DNA of 64,000 nt, taken from contig CBDBMR010000010.1 of assembly GCA_965207535.1 (NCBI GenBank), positions 65,400 through 129,399 of the forward strand, written 5' to 3'. The notes under the pieces are model-generated. The model saw only the letters and a list, made by a program, of their open reading frames with translations, was not told the DNA's origin and ran no database searches. The stretch is from Rhodospirillales bacterium. GTDB taxonomy: Bacteria > Pseudomonadota > Alphaproteobacteria > Rhodospirillales > UBA2165. Within the stretch, counting starts at the first letter, position 1. Each line of letters starts with the position of its first letter. The position numbers and the translations under genes were made by a program. This document shows positions 36,262-45,670 of the stretch, in pieces.

Positions 36262-36351
36262 GGATGCCCCGAACAAGTCGGGGCATGACGGTTTTGACAT
36301 GTTTCACCGCCAAAACGTCATGGCCGGGCTCGGACAAGCCGGGGCATGACG
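36262..36351. repeat. family B REP-like hairpins, two units
   Basis: The two units are ggATGCCCCGAacaagTCGGGGCATgacgg and gtcatggccgggctcggacaagccggggcatgacgg. Confidence 0.8.
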
Positions 36352-36398
36352 GCTTGCGGTCTGACCGTTCATCAGCTTCCCGATTGAATCATCGCGCT

Positions 36399-38804
36399 CT
36401 AGGTTGTCTCATCCCGGCCGGCGGCCACCTTGCCCAGCGCCCGTAAAATCCGCTCAGGCGTGAAGGGCATCCGGTTGACCCGCGCGCCCAACGGGCGAAG
36501 CGCATCGTTTATGGCGTTCATGACCGCCGCCGGGGCGCCGCCGGTGCCCGCTTCGCCGGCGCCCTTGGCGCCGAGGTCGGTTTCCGATGTGCGGGACACC
36601 ACGTGGGCGACCTGGATATCCGGCATTTCGGCCGCCATGGGCACCAGATAGTCGGCCAGATTGCCGTTGAGCATCTGGCCTTCTGAATTGTAGATGCACT
36701 CCTCGAACAGCACTCCGCCCAGGCCCTGGACCACGCCGCCCCGGATCTGTTCGTCCACCAGCAGGGGATTGATCACCGTGCCGCAATCCTCGACCACCCA
36801 GTAGCCGAGGATCTTCACCAGGCCTGTGTCCACATCCACCTCCAGGTGGGCCGCATGGATGCCATTGGTGAAGGCGAAGGGAAACCCCTTCGGCACGTAG
36901 TGGCGGGTCGCGACCAGTTCCGGCTGGTAGCCGTCCGGCAGCGTGTCCTGCCGGTAGTGGGCGATCCGGCCAAGCTCCGAAAGCGAAATCCGTTCCTTGC
37001 CGTCCGACTTGTCGACCACGGCATTCCGTCGGATATCCAGCGAGGCGGGCGGCGACTGCAGCATGGCGCCCGCGAGATCGAGAATATTGTGCCGCAGCGC
37101 CTTGCCGGCCCGGTTGACCGCCTCGCCGGCGATGCCGGTGCCCCGCGATCCCCAGGTGCCGCCGCCATAGGGCGTCACCGAGGTGTCGCCGGTGATCACC
37201 TTGACCCTGTCCGGGGTCACGCCGACCGCCGTCGCCGCCACTTGGGAAACCACGGCCTCCGCGCCCTGGCCCTGCTCGGTGACGCCGGTCGAGCAGACCA
37301 CGGCCCCGTCCGGGGTGAGGCGGAGCGTGCAGCCGTCCTGGGCCGAGATGGGCGCGCCGCCGGCGCCGTAGAAAAGCGGCGACGGGTTGCTGACCTCGAC
37401 CAGGGCGCCGAAGCCGATGCCGCGATAAAGACTGTCCGCGCGCGCGGCCTTCTGGTCCTGCCGCAGTCCGGCATAGCCGATCATTTCCTCCAGCCGGGCA
37501 AGGGCCGCCTGGTGGGACAGGTTCTCGAACGGCATGCCGTTCACCGAGGCGCGCGGGTACGAATCGTCCGGCGCCATGTTGCGCCGTCTCAGCTCCAGCG
37601 GGTCCATGCCCAACTCGGCGGCGGCCAACTCCACCAGCCCCTCGGTGACGGCGGTGGCGATCGGGTGGCCGACGGCGCGGTAGCCGCTGATCATCGCCTT
37701 GTTCTGAAAGGCGATGCGGCCCCGGGCCCGGTAATTGTCGATCATGTAGCAGCCGCCGGAGAGGTTGACGATCTGGTTGGTCTCGATGGTGCTGGAGCGG
37801 GGGAACATGGAGAACGGACCGGCGCCGGTGAGGCCATCGAGTTCCAGGGCGGTGATCCTGCCCTCCGCCGTGAGCGCCATCCTGGCCTTGGCCCGGTAGC
37901 CCCGGGCGTGGAGGTCTCCGGTGAACGACTCCAACCGGTCGGGCGTGAACTTCACCGGCCGCCTGAGCAGGATCGCCAGCCCGGCGGCCGCGAACTCGTC
38001 GCCATAGACGTGCGCCTTCATCCCGAACGCGCCGCCCACATCCCCTGAGATCACCCGGACCTTGTGCTCGTCGATCCCGAAATGGGTCGAGAAGTGGGAC
38101 TGCATCTGGTGCGGGGTCTGGGTCGATTGATGGACGGTGAGCGCCTCTTCGCTGGGATCGAAATCGGCGATGATGGTCCGGGTTTCCATGGTGACGCCGG
38201 TGTGGCGACCGAACACGTAGCTCTCTTCGACCACCACCGCCGCTTCGGCGAAGGCCTTGTCCACGTCTCCTTCGTCGATCAGCCGTTCCCAGAGGAGATT
38301 GTCGCCGAGTTCGGGGTGGATCGGCTCGGCGCCCGGTTCCAGCGCCGCCGCCTCGTCGGTGAGGGCGGGCAGTTCCTCGAATTCGATCTCGATCAGTTCG
38401 AGAGCGTCTTCGGCCAGCGCCCGGCTCTCCGCGACAACGGCCGCTACCGGCTCGCCCTGCCAGCGCGCCCGGCCGACGGCGAGCGGGTACTGGGGCACGG
38501 ACTTCATCCCCGGCAGATGGCTGAGAATGCCGGTCCAGGGCCGGCAGATTTCGGCAATTTGCTCGCCGTCCACCACCGCCACCACGCCGGTCGCCTGCTC
38601 GGCGGCGGATGTGTCCATGCGCACGATGTCGGCGTGGGCGTAGGGCGAGCGCAGATAGGCCACATGAACCATGCGCGGCAGTTTGACGTCGTCGGTATAG
38701 ACGCCCCTGCCTTCGATCAGCCGTTGAACATTGGGCCGGGGCAGGCTCCTGCCGAGATAGCTCTCGGCGCGTTCGCGAATACTCTCGTCGGCGTCATCGC
38801 TCAT
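36399..38804 (-). CDS. xanthine dehydrogenase/CO dehydrogenase family molybdopterin-binding large subunit (CoxL-like), no adjacent small or medium subunits
   Basis: Trimmed to ATG 38804. The N-terminus PRPNVQRLIEGRGVYTDDV and the motifs GGAFG, GQG and E-rich C-terminal active-site region match the molybdenum hydroxylase family. Confidence 0.85.
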   Translation of the reverse strand: MSDDADESIRERAESYLGRSLPRPNVQRLIEGRGVYTDDVKLPRMVHVAYLRSPYAHADIVRMDTSAAEQATGVVAVVDGEQIAEICRPWTGILSHLPGMKSVPQYPLAVGRARWQGEPVAAVVAESRALAEDALELIEIEFEELPALTDEAAALEPGAEPIHPELGDNLLWERLIDEGDVDKAFAEAAVVVEESYVFGRHTGVTMETRTIIADFDPSEEALTVHQSTQTPHQMQSHFSTHFGIDEHKVRVISGDVGGAFGMKAHVYGDEFAAAGLAILLRRPVKFTPDRLESFTGDLHARGYRAKARMALTAEGRITALELDGLTGAGPFSMFPRSSTIETNQIVNLSGGCYMIDNYRARGRIAFQNKAMISGYRAVGHPIATAVTEGLVELAAAELGMDPLELRRRNMAPDDSYPRASVNGMPFENLSHQAALARLEEMIGYAGLRQDQKAARADSLYRGIGFGALVEVSNPSPLFYGAGGAPISAQDGCTLRLTPDGAVVCSTGVTEQGQGAEAVVSQVAATAVGVTPDRVKVITGDTSVTPYGGGTWGSRGTGIAGEAVNRAGKALRHNILDLAGAMLQSPPASLDIRRNAVVDKSDGKERISLSELGRIAHYRQDTLPDGYQPELVATRHYVPKGFPFAFTNGIHAAHLEVDVDTGLVKILGYWVVEDCGTVINPLLVDEQIRGGVVQGLGGVLFEECIYNSEGQMLNGNLADYLVPMAAEMPDIQVAHVVSRTSETDLGAKGAGEAGTGGAPAAVMNAINDALRPLGARVNRMPFTPERILRALGKVAAGRDETT

Positions 38805-39030
38805 GGGGACGTCCCGTGATTGGCGTGAAGATTGTCCGGGACATTCCGGCGCCCTTGCTTCCCGGCTTGGTGACTTGCGGGGTATTTTGCCCAAGCCGCG
38901 CGCCGGCGCAAGGCGGTCGATCCGGAAAGCGGCAACGGCGGTCCTTCGCTTTAATGGTGAAAAATCGGTGACTGTTCACATAAATACTTGTTAGAGTGTT
39001 TGGGAAGCCGAAAACCGGGACAAGACCTTG

Positions 39031-39531
39031 ATGGACGCCCAAGCAAACACACTCACAAAAAGCCGCGATGAGGATGAGTTCGGCGCATATCACGGTATGC
39101 ACTGGCCGACATTCTTCATCGCCAACGTCGCCAACCGCCACACCCGCAACATGACCAACAACCTCCGCCAGTTCGGGCTGATTCCGCCCATGTGGCGGGT
39201 GCTGTCGTTCCTGTGGGATCACGAAGAGCTGAGCATCGGTCATCTCGCCGACGTCTGCGGCATCGAGCGCACCAACCTTTCCAAGGTGGTCGACCGCATG
39301 ACCAGCGAGGGGCTTGTGGCGCGGGTTTCCGATCCCCGGGACGGACGGACCACCATCGTCCGGATGACCGGCGAGGGCGAGGCGCTGTTCCGCCGCGCCG
39401 CGCCGATGGTCATCGACTATCTCGGCGAGAGTGTCGCCGGTTTCTCGGAAAACGAGGTCGCCGAGTTCATCGGCTATCTCAAACGCATCCAGGCAAATCT
39501 CAACAACGTCGCGGGAACCGCCAGCCGGTAA
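39031..39531 (+). CDS. MarR-family transcriptional regulator
   Basis: It has a winged-HTH core (LSIGHLADVCGIERTNLSKVVDRMTSEGLVARVSDPRDGR). It is divergent from the CoxL-like gene. Confidence 0.85.
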   Translation: MDAQANTLTKSRDEDEFGAYHGMHWPTFFIANVANRHTRNMTNNLRQFGLIPPMWRVLSFLWDHEELSIGHLADVCGIERTNLSKVVDRMTSEGLVARVSDPRDGRTTIVRMTGEGEALFRRAAPMVIDYLGESVAGFSENEVAEFIGYLKRIQANLNNVAGTASR

Positions 39532-39578
39532 CCGCCAAAGATCGCATACGGTTCGAATTAACCAGGGAGGACACGCAA

Positions 39579-41165
39579 ATGACCAGACGATTGACCAGGA
39601 GCTACCTGTTCGCGGGGGCGGCGCTATTTGCCGGTGCCGCACTGTTGACCAGCGGCGCGCAAGCCGCGGATATGCCGAAGCGGGGCGGCAAGCTGACCGT
39701 CGCGGTTCAGCAGGACGTCGCCGGCTTCGACAACTTCCGGGTGCTGAGTTTCGCCCACTTCCGGCAATACATCCTGCAGGCCATCTACGAACGCATGTTC
39801 GAGGTGGACGGCGACACCCGCGAAATCAAACCCGTTCACGCGCTCGACGCGACCCCCAGCGACGATTTCAAGAGCTGGCGGGTGACCTTGCGCAAGGGGG
39901 TCAAGTTCTCGAATGGCGAAGACCTGGACGCGGATGCCTATGTCACGCACTTCACCCGGCTGCTGACCGGCAAGAAGGGCCGGTTTGCCGGCCGCTATCG
40001 GCGGCTGATGGGTCCGCATCTCGTGGGCGTGGAGAAAGTCGACAGCCACACGGTCGATTTCAAATTCCGCGTCGCCAACCCCGGGTTCAAGGACATGGCG
40101 GCCCAGCCCAACATGTCCTGGTGGGTGACCGCGCCCAAGTACCTGGCCGAGAACCAGGCCAAGCCCGAGTTCAACGAAAAGCCCGTCGGCGCCGGCCCGT
40201 ACATGCTCAAGGAATGGCGCGACGGCGCGTTCATCCGGCTGGTCCGGAACCCCAATTACTGGAACAAGAAGGCCCAGCATCTCGACGAGCTGACCTTCCT
40301 GTTCATCCCGCCGGAGGTCAACCGGGTCAACGCCCTGAAGGCCGGCAACGCGGATATCATCTACGTCAGCCGGGGCTTCATCCCTGAGCTCAAGAAGGAT
40401 CCCAACATCACGGTGGTTTCCGGTCCCCGGCTCTCGGTCGGTCAGTCCATCGGCTTCAACCATTCGAAACCGCCGTACAACGATATCCGGGTGCGCAAGG
40501 CGCTGATCCACGCCCTCGACCGGCAAAAGATCACTTGTGCCCATACCGGCATTTGCCGGGACCGGGCGGAGAACGACATGTACGGCGAGGGACATCCCTG
40601 GCACTGCCCGGCGGTGAAGTGGCCCGAGTACAACCCGGCCAAGGCCAAGGCGCTGATCGATGAGTATGTGAAGGAAACCGGCAAGCCGATTACCTTCAAC
40701 GTCGATCACTTCCCGAACGCCCAGGCCGAGAAGACGGTGACGGCGATGATCGACATGTGGCGCAAGGTCGGTATCAGCGCGACCCAGAAAGCGGGTCCGC
40801 GGGGCCCCGGATTCATCCGGCCCCTGCTGAGCGGCAAGTTCGACATTTTCACCTTTGTCGAAAACTTCTCCAATGCCGACCCGAGCCTGGTGGCGACCCG
40901 CTTCCATTCCAAGCACCCGTCGAGCCGGCAGTTCCACCTCAAGAATCCGCGCATCGACGCGGCGGTGGAGAAGGTCAATGCGGCGACCGGCACCGCGGAG
41001 CGGAAAAAGGCGAGCTGTGCGTATCAGCAGGTGCTGGCGGACGAGGCAGCGCTGATCGTCTACGACCATCCGCAAATGCACATTGCCCACCGCAACCATG
41101 TCAAAGGCGTGAAGAAGCCCTTTGGCTACACATTTGACGCCCACCGCCTGTGGGTCGATAAATAA
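39579..41165 (+). CDS. ABC transporter substrate-binding protein, family 5 (peptide/nickel/opine type)
   Basis: ATG 39579 is preceded by GGGAGGA. A signal peptide is followed by the family-5 start PKRGGKLTVAVQQD. Confidence 0.85.
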   Translation: MTRRLTRSYLFAGAALFAGAALLTSGAQAADMPKRGGKLTVAVQQDVAGFDNFRVLSFAHFRQYILQAIYERMFEVDGDTREIKPVHALDATPSDDFKSWRVTLRKGVKFSNGEDLDADAYVTHFTRLLTGKKGRFAGRYRRLMGPHLVGVEKVDSHTVDFKFRVANPGFKDMAAQPNMSWWVTAPKYLAENQAKPEFNEKPVGAGPYMLKEWRDGAFIRLVRNPNYWNKKAQHLDELTFLFIPPEVNRVNALKAGNADIIYVSRGFIPELKKDPNITVVSGPRLSVGQSIGFNHSKPPYNDIRVRKALIHALDRQKITCAHTGICRDRAENDMYGEGHPWHCPAVKWPEYNPAKAKALIDEYVKETGKPITFNVDHFPNAQAEKTVTAMIDMWRKVGISATQKAGPRGPGFIRPLLSGKFDIFTFVENFSNADPSLVATRFHSKHPSSRQFHLKNPRIDAAVEKVNAATGTAERKKASCAYQQVLADEAALIVYDHPQMHIAHRNHVKGVKKPFGYTFDAHRLWVDK

Positions 41166-41237
41166 GGATCGGGGGATGGCCGGGGCCGCAAATGACGCGG
41201 TCCCGGCCCGCCGCCGGCTTCAAGGGGGAGAAGTGGC

Positions 41238-42815
41238 GTGCTGCACGAACTCATCCTGAAAAACGGCAAAATCCATACCATGGACGATGCGGGGACGGTG
41301 GTGTCCTCGGTCGCCATCGAGAGCGGGCGCTTCGCGGCGCTCGGTGACGACATTCAGCCCAGGGGCCCGGACGCCCAGGTCATCGACCTGAAAGGCAGAA
41401 CGGTCATCCCGGGACTGATCGACAACCACATTCATTTCCTGCGGACCGCGCTGCTGCCCGGCTACGATATGCGGCTGATGGAGACCGCGTTCTCCATCGA
41501 GGACGCGCTGAACGTAATCCAGGCGATGGCAGCGGTCGTGCCCGACGGCGAGATGCTCAGTGCCGTCGGCGGCATTCACCCCGGTCAGTTCGCCGAGAAC
41601 CGTTATCCGACGCTCGCCGAGCTCGACGAAGCGGCGCCCAACCATCCGGTTTATCTGTCGATCTCCAACTGGGGGCCCGGCGCGACCAACTCGTTGGCCA
41701 AGGCGCGGCTCCGGGATGCCGGCGCGCCGGTGGGCGATGACGGCATCGTCGGCAAGGGCAAGGATACGATCGCGGCGTGGGAAGCGCTGAGCGCGCTGCA
41801 TTCCTACGACGACACGCTGCGCCAGACGGCGAGCCAAATGGACTTCGCGCTCTCCATGGGGCTGACCAACGTATTCGACATGGGCGGTACCATTCCCGCC
41901 GGCGGCTGGCTCGACCCGGCAACCGGCTACAACCCGATTCTCGAATTGATGCGCGACGACAAGGTGCCCATGCGGGTGCGGATTTTCCTGCCGGTGCTCG
42001 ACACCGACGCGGAACTCCCCGACCTCATGGCCCGCCTCGACTATTCGTTCAACGAGTTCGGCAACGACGTCGTCCGCATCGTCGGGATCGGCGAGTGGCT
42101 GATCCCCAACAAACTGCAACGCCAGCAGCCGCTGCCCGATTTCTACACCGATTCCGTGCGCGCCGTCGCCGAGCGGGGCTGGGTCTACAAGCAGCACCTG
42201 ATCAGCCTCGCCGAGCAGAAGGAGCATCTGCGGGTCTGGGAGGCGGTCAACAAATCCACGCCGATCGCCGATCTCCATTGGTCCATGGATCACTGCTATG
42301 GGATCGACCAGGAGACCATCAACCGGGCGATCGACCTCGGTGTTGGCCTCAGTTCCCACAGCTCCAACTACCTCGAGGGCAAGCTCCAGCCGCCGGGCAA
42401 CCCGCCGTTCCGGATGATCATGGACAGCGGCATCGTCATGGGCGGCGGCTCGGACGGGGCGAGGGTCTCGCCGATGAATCCCTGGGTGATGCTCTATTAC
42501 GCCGTCACCGGCAAGAACCACGCCGGCGAACAGATCAATCCCGGCCAGTGCCTGACCCGCGAGGAAATTCTCCGCATCTGGACCACGCCGCAGGGGTGGT
42601 TCTGCAAGGAAGAGAAGAACATGGGCGGCATTGCCGTCGGGCGTTACGGCGACCTGGCCGTATTGAGCGACGACTATTTCGACGAGCAGGCGGTGTCCGA
42701 TGACGACATCCGGCACATCACCTCGCTGTTGACGGTGGTCGGCGGCCGGGTGGTCCACAATACCGGCACGCTGGGTGAGGCCGTTCCCGCGATCGAGACG
42801 ATCCCGGCGCAATAG
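41238..42815 (+). CDS. amidohydrolase family protein (Amidohydro_3/YtcJ-like metallo-hydrolase)
   Basis: GTG start with SD GGGGGAGAAG. Metal-binding motif IDNHIHFL. 525 aa. The gene sits between the receptor and permease genes. Confidence 0.8.
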   Translation: MLHELILKNGKIHTMDDAGTVVSSVAIESGRFAALGDDIQPRGPDAQVIDLKGRTVIPGLIDNHIHFLRTALLPGYDMRLMETAFSIEDALNVIQAMAAVVPDGEMLSAVGGIHPGQFAENRYPTLAELDEAAPNHPVYLSISNWGPGATNSLAKARLRDAGAPVGDDGIVGKGKDTIAAWEALSALHSYDDTLRQTASQMDFALSMGLTNVFDMGGTIPAGGWLDPATGYNPILELMRDDKVPMRVRIFLPVLDTDAELPDLMARLDYSFNEFGNDVVRIVGIGEWLIPNKLQRQQPLPDFYTDSVRAVAERGWVYKQHLISLAEQKEHLRVWEAVNKSTPIADLHWSMDHCYGIDQETINRAIDLGVGLSSHSSNYLEGKLQPPGNPPFRMIMDSGIVMGGGSDGARVSPMNPWVMLYYAVTGKNHAGEQINPGQCLTREEILRIWTTPQGWFCKEEKNMGGIAVGRYGDLAVLSDDYFDEQAVSDDDIRHITSLLTVVGGRVVHNTGTLGEAVPAIETIPAQ

Positions 42816-42849
42816 CGTCCGAGCCCGGCACCTTCATTCGAGGTCTCAC

Positions 42850-43818
42850 GTGGCCTATCTGCGAAAGCGTCTTTTCCACCTCGTCCCGGTCTTCTTTCTG
42901 GTGACGTTCGCCAGCTTCATGCTGGTGAACCTGCTGCCGGGCGACGTGGTCGACGCCATCCTCGCCGATGACGACGCGGCGGTGATCAACGATCCGGAAA
43001 TCCGCCGTCAGATCGAGATCGAACTCGGCCTCGATAAGCCGCTGGTGGTGCGCTACGTGGTGTGGCTCGGCGATCTCATGCAGGGCGACCTCGGCCGCTC
43101 GTATATCACCCGCAAGAAGATCAGCGATCTCCTGGCGCAGCGCATTCCGGTCACCTTCCAGCTGATGGTCATGTCCCTGGGCTTCGCCCTGGTGATTGCC
43201 GTTCCCCTTGGCGTGCTCAGCGCCTTTCGAAGTAACACCGCGCTCGACCGGTGGATATCCGCGACCGCCTTCGGGATTGTGGCGACGCCGCCCTTCGTGA
43301 CGGCGATCCTGTTCATCTGGTTCTTCGCGGTGGTCCTGAAGATTCTCCCGGCGGCGGGCCACGCGCCCCTGTTCCTGGGCGTCTGGGAAAACCTGAAATA
43401 CTTCATGCTGCCCATGCTGGCCATCGGATTGAGCGAGGTGCCCATCTTTCTCCGGGTGCTGCGGGTCGACATGATCACCACCCTGCAGGAGGACTACATC
43501 GCGCTCGCCAAGGCCAAGGGCATGTCAACGCGCTACATCCTGTTCCGGCACGCCTTCCGGCCTTCGTCATTTACGCTGGTGACCGTCCTCGGCCTTCAGG
43601 TCGGCCGGCTGATCAGCGGGCTGGTGATCGTCGAGAACATTTTCGCGCTGCCCGGTGTCGGCAAATTGCTGATCGACAGCATCGATGCCCGGGACGTGCT
43701 GGTGGTGCAGGCGGTGGTGACGTTCGCGGCCATTGCCTATGTGGGGATCAATCTCACCGTGGACATCATCTACGCCATTCTGGATCCGCGGGTGAACCGC
43801 CGGGCGGCGGAGGCCTGA
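42850..43818 (+). CDS. ABC transporter permease (DppB/OppB-like)
   Basis: Trimmed to GTG 42850. The typical N-terminus is YLRKRLFHLVPVFFLVTFASFML. Confidence 0.9.
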   Translation: MAYLRKRLFHLVPVFFLVTFASFMLVNLLPGDVVDAILADDDAAVINDPEIRRQIEIELGLDKPLVVRYVVWLGDLMQGDLGRSYITRKKISDLLAQRIPVTFQLMVMSLGFALVIAVPLGVLSAFRSNTALDRWISATAFGIVATPPFVTAILFIWFFAVVLKILPAAGHAPLFLGVWENLKYFMLPMLAIGLSEVPIFLRVLRVDMITTLQEDYIALAKAKGMSTRYILFRHAFRPSSFTLVTVLGLQVGRLISGLVIVENIFALPGVGKLLIDSIDARDVLVVQAVVTFAAIAYVGINLTVDIIYAILDPRVNRRAAEA

Positions 43819-43820
43819 GC

Positions 43821-44720
43821 ATGGTCGAGCTGGTCCGAAATCTCTTCCGCCTCCCGCCGGCCGCCGACGCCGGCAATCAACAGGACGTGGTGCGCCCGTG
43901 GTGGGCCCGGGTCGGCATTCTGTTCTGGCTCTGCGTCGGCTGGCTGCTGCTGATCGGGCTGAGCGCGATCTTCGCCGGCGTGCTTCCCATCCAGGACCCG
44001 CTCACGACCAACCTGGACGGACAGTTCCTGATGCCGTTCGCGGACGGCTACATCCTCGGCACCGACGGCGTCGGCCGCGACATGCTGTCCCGGATCGTCC
44101 ACGGGGCCCGCATCTCCATGCTGCTCGCCTTTACGGCGCCGTTCCTGAGCCTCCTCGCCGGGCTGGCCCTCGGCATGTCGGCGGGCTATTTCCGCGGCCG
44201 GGTGGATGCGGCGGTGGGCATTTTCACCGACTCCATTCTGGCGTTTCCCAATATCGTCGGCGTGATGGTGGTGCTGTTTTTCCTCGGCGCGACGCTGCCG
44301 GTGATGATCCTGGCGCTGGCGTTCTTCGGCATCCCCGCCGAGGTGCGCGTCGCGCGCGCCAACACCATCCTGTTCGCCGAGCGGGAATTCGTCCTGGCGG
44401 CGCGGGCCCAGGGCGCATCCCATTTGCGGATCATGGTCCGCGAACTGCTGCCCAACGTCATCGTGCCCATGCTGTCGCTGGTCCTGTTCGGCATGTCCAT
44501 CGTGATCATCATCGAGGGCGGCTTGGCGTTTCTCGGTGTCGGCTTCCCGCCGCCGACGCCGAGCTGGGGCAAGATGATCGCCGACGGCTTCGAGGAGATC
44601 GCCCGGGCGCCGCAGGTCACCTTCGTTCCGGCGGGCGTGATGTTTCTCACCATCCTGTCGCTGAACATGATCGGCGACCGCCTGCGGGCGCTCACCGACG
44701 TGAAGGCGAGTGCCGTCTGA
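43821..44720 (+). CDS. ABC transporter permease (DppC/OppC-like)
   Basis: ATG 43821 lies 2 nt after the previous stop. It carries the motif GTDGVGRDMLSRIVHGARIS. Confidence 0.9.
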   Translation: MVELVRNLFRLPPAADAGNQQDVVRPWWARVGILFWLCVGWLLLIGLSAIFAGVLPIQDPLTTNLDGQFLMPFADGYILGTDGVGRDMLSRIVHGARISMLLAFTAPFLSLLAGLALGMSAGYFRGRVDAAVGIFTDSILAFPNIVGVMVVLFFLGATLPVMILALAFFGIPAEVRVARANTILFAEREFVLAARAQGASHLRIMVRELLPNVIVPMLSLVLFGMSIVIIIEGGLAFLGVGFPPPTPSWGKMIADGFEEIARAPQVTFVPAGVMFLTILSLNMIGDRLRALTDVKASAV

Positions 44721-44770
44721 GTTTTCCCGTGCTACGCTTACCGGAAACCGAACAGCCGCCGGAACCCGCC

Positions 44771-45607
44771 ATGCCCGACGCCGCCGAATGGACCGACCAG
44801 CTCGACTACGTCGAGGCCGAGCTGAACTACATCATCGATACGGGCGTGCCGCCGATCACGTACGTCGATTGGCCGGAGGAAGAGCATAAGGCCAACCGGC
44901 CGCGATATGAGGCGCATACCTGCCGCATTTACGACGCGCGGCCGATCGCCGATAGGTTCGATATTGCGGCAAACGGCATCGAGATGAAGCGAATTCCGTC
45001 GAAGGTCGTGGATTTCTACGACCGGGATGAAGTGGAGCGCGTCTATAACGCCGAGGTGGCCGGCATCATCAAGAACGCCATGGGCGCATCCAGGGTGGTG
45101 GTGTTCGACCATACTTTCCGCACCTACAACGACGCGGTCCGGGAGGCCAACAATACCCGCGCGCCGGTGAAGGCGGTCCACAACGACTATACGGACAGAT
45201 CGGCGCGCCAGCGATTGAAGGACATCATGGGCGATGAAGAGGCCGGGGAACTGCTCAAGAAACGCTTCGCCATCGTCCAGACCTGGCGGCCTATCAACCA
45301 TCCGGTGATGACCGAGCCCTTCGCCCTTGCCGATGGGAGGACGGTTCCGAACTCGAGCTTCGTGGAATTGGAGCGGCGGTACCGGTACCGGACGGCGGTC
45401 ACCTATCACTGCGCCTATGACCCGGGCCACAGGTTCTACTACCTCAAGGAAATGACCCCGGAAGAGACCTACATTTTCAAGGTCTTCGATACCGACGAAT
45501 CCGCGGGCGTGAAATTCACCTGCCATACGGCCTTCGAAGACCCCGCGTCGCCGCCCGGCGCCCGTCCCCGGGAAAGTGTCGAAACCCGCGCGCTGGTTTT
45601 CTTCTGA
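44771..45607 (+). CDS. CmcJ/NvfI-like family oxygenase (putative non-haem-iron hydroxylase)
   Basis: 278 aa. The segment VKAVHNDYTDRSARQRL and the overall pattern resemble the CmcJ (cephamycin 7-alpha-hydroxylase component)/AsaB-like family. Recognition is by memory only. Confidence 0.55.
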   Translation: MPDAAEWTDQLDYVEAELNYIIDTGVPPITYVDWPEEEHKANRPRYEAHTCRIYDARPIADRFDIAANGIEMKRIPSKVVDFYDRDEVERVYNAEVAGIIKNAMGASRVVVFDHTFRTYNDAVREANNTRAPVKAVHNDYTDRSARQRLKDIMGDEEAGELLKKRFAIVQTWRPINHPVMTEPFALADGRTVPNSSFVELERRYRYRTAVTYHCAYDPGHRFYYLKEMTPEETYIFKVFDTDESAGVKFTCHTAFEDPASPPGARPRESVETRALVFF

Positions 45608-45670
45608 GCCGCTGCTGTTGCGGCACGTTATGGGCTGGCATCGGGACATAAACGGCAGGAGGCAGAAGTG

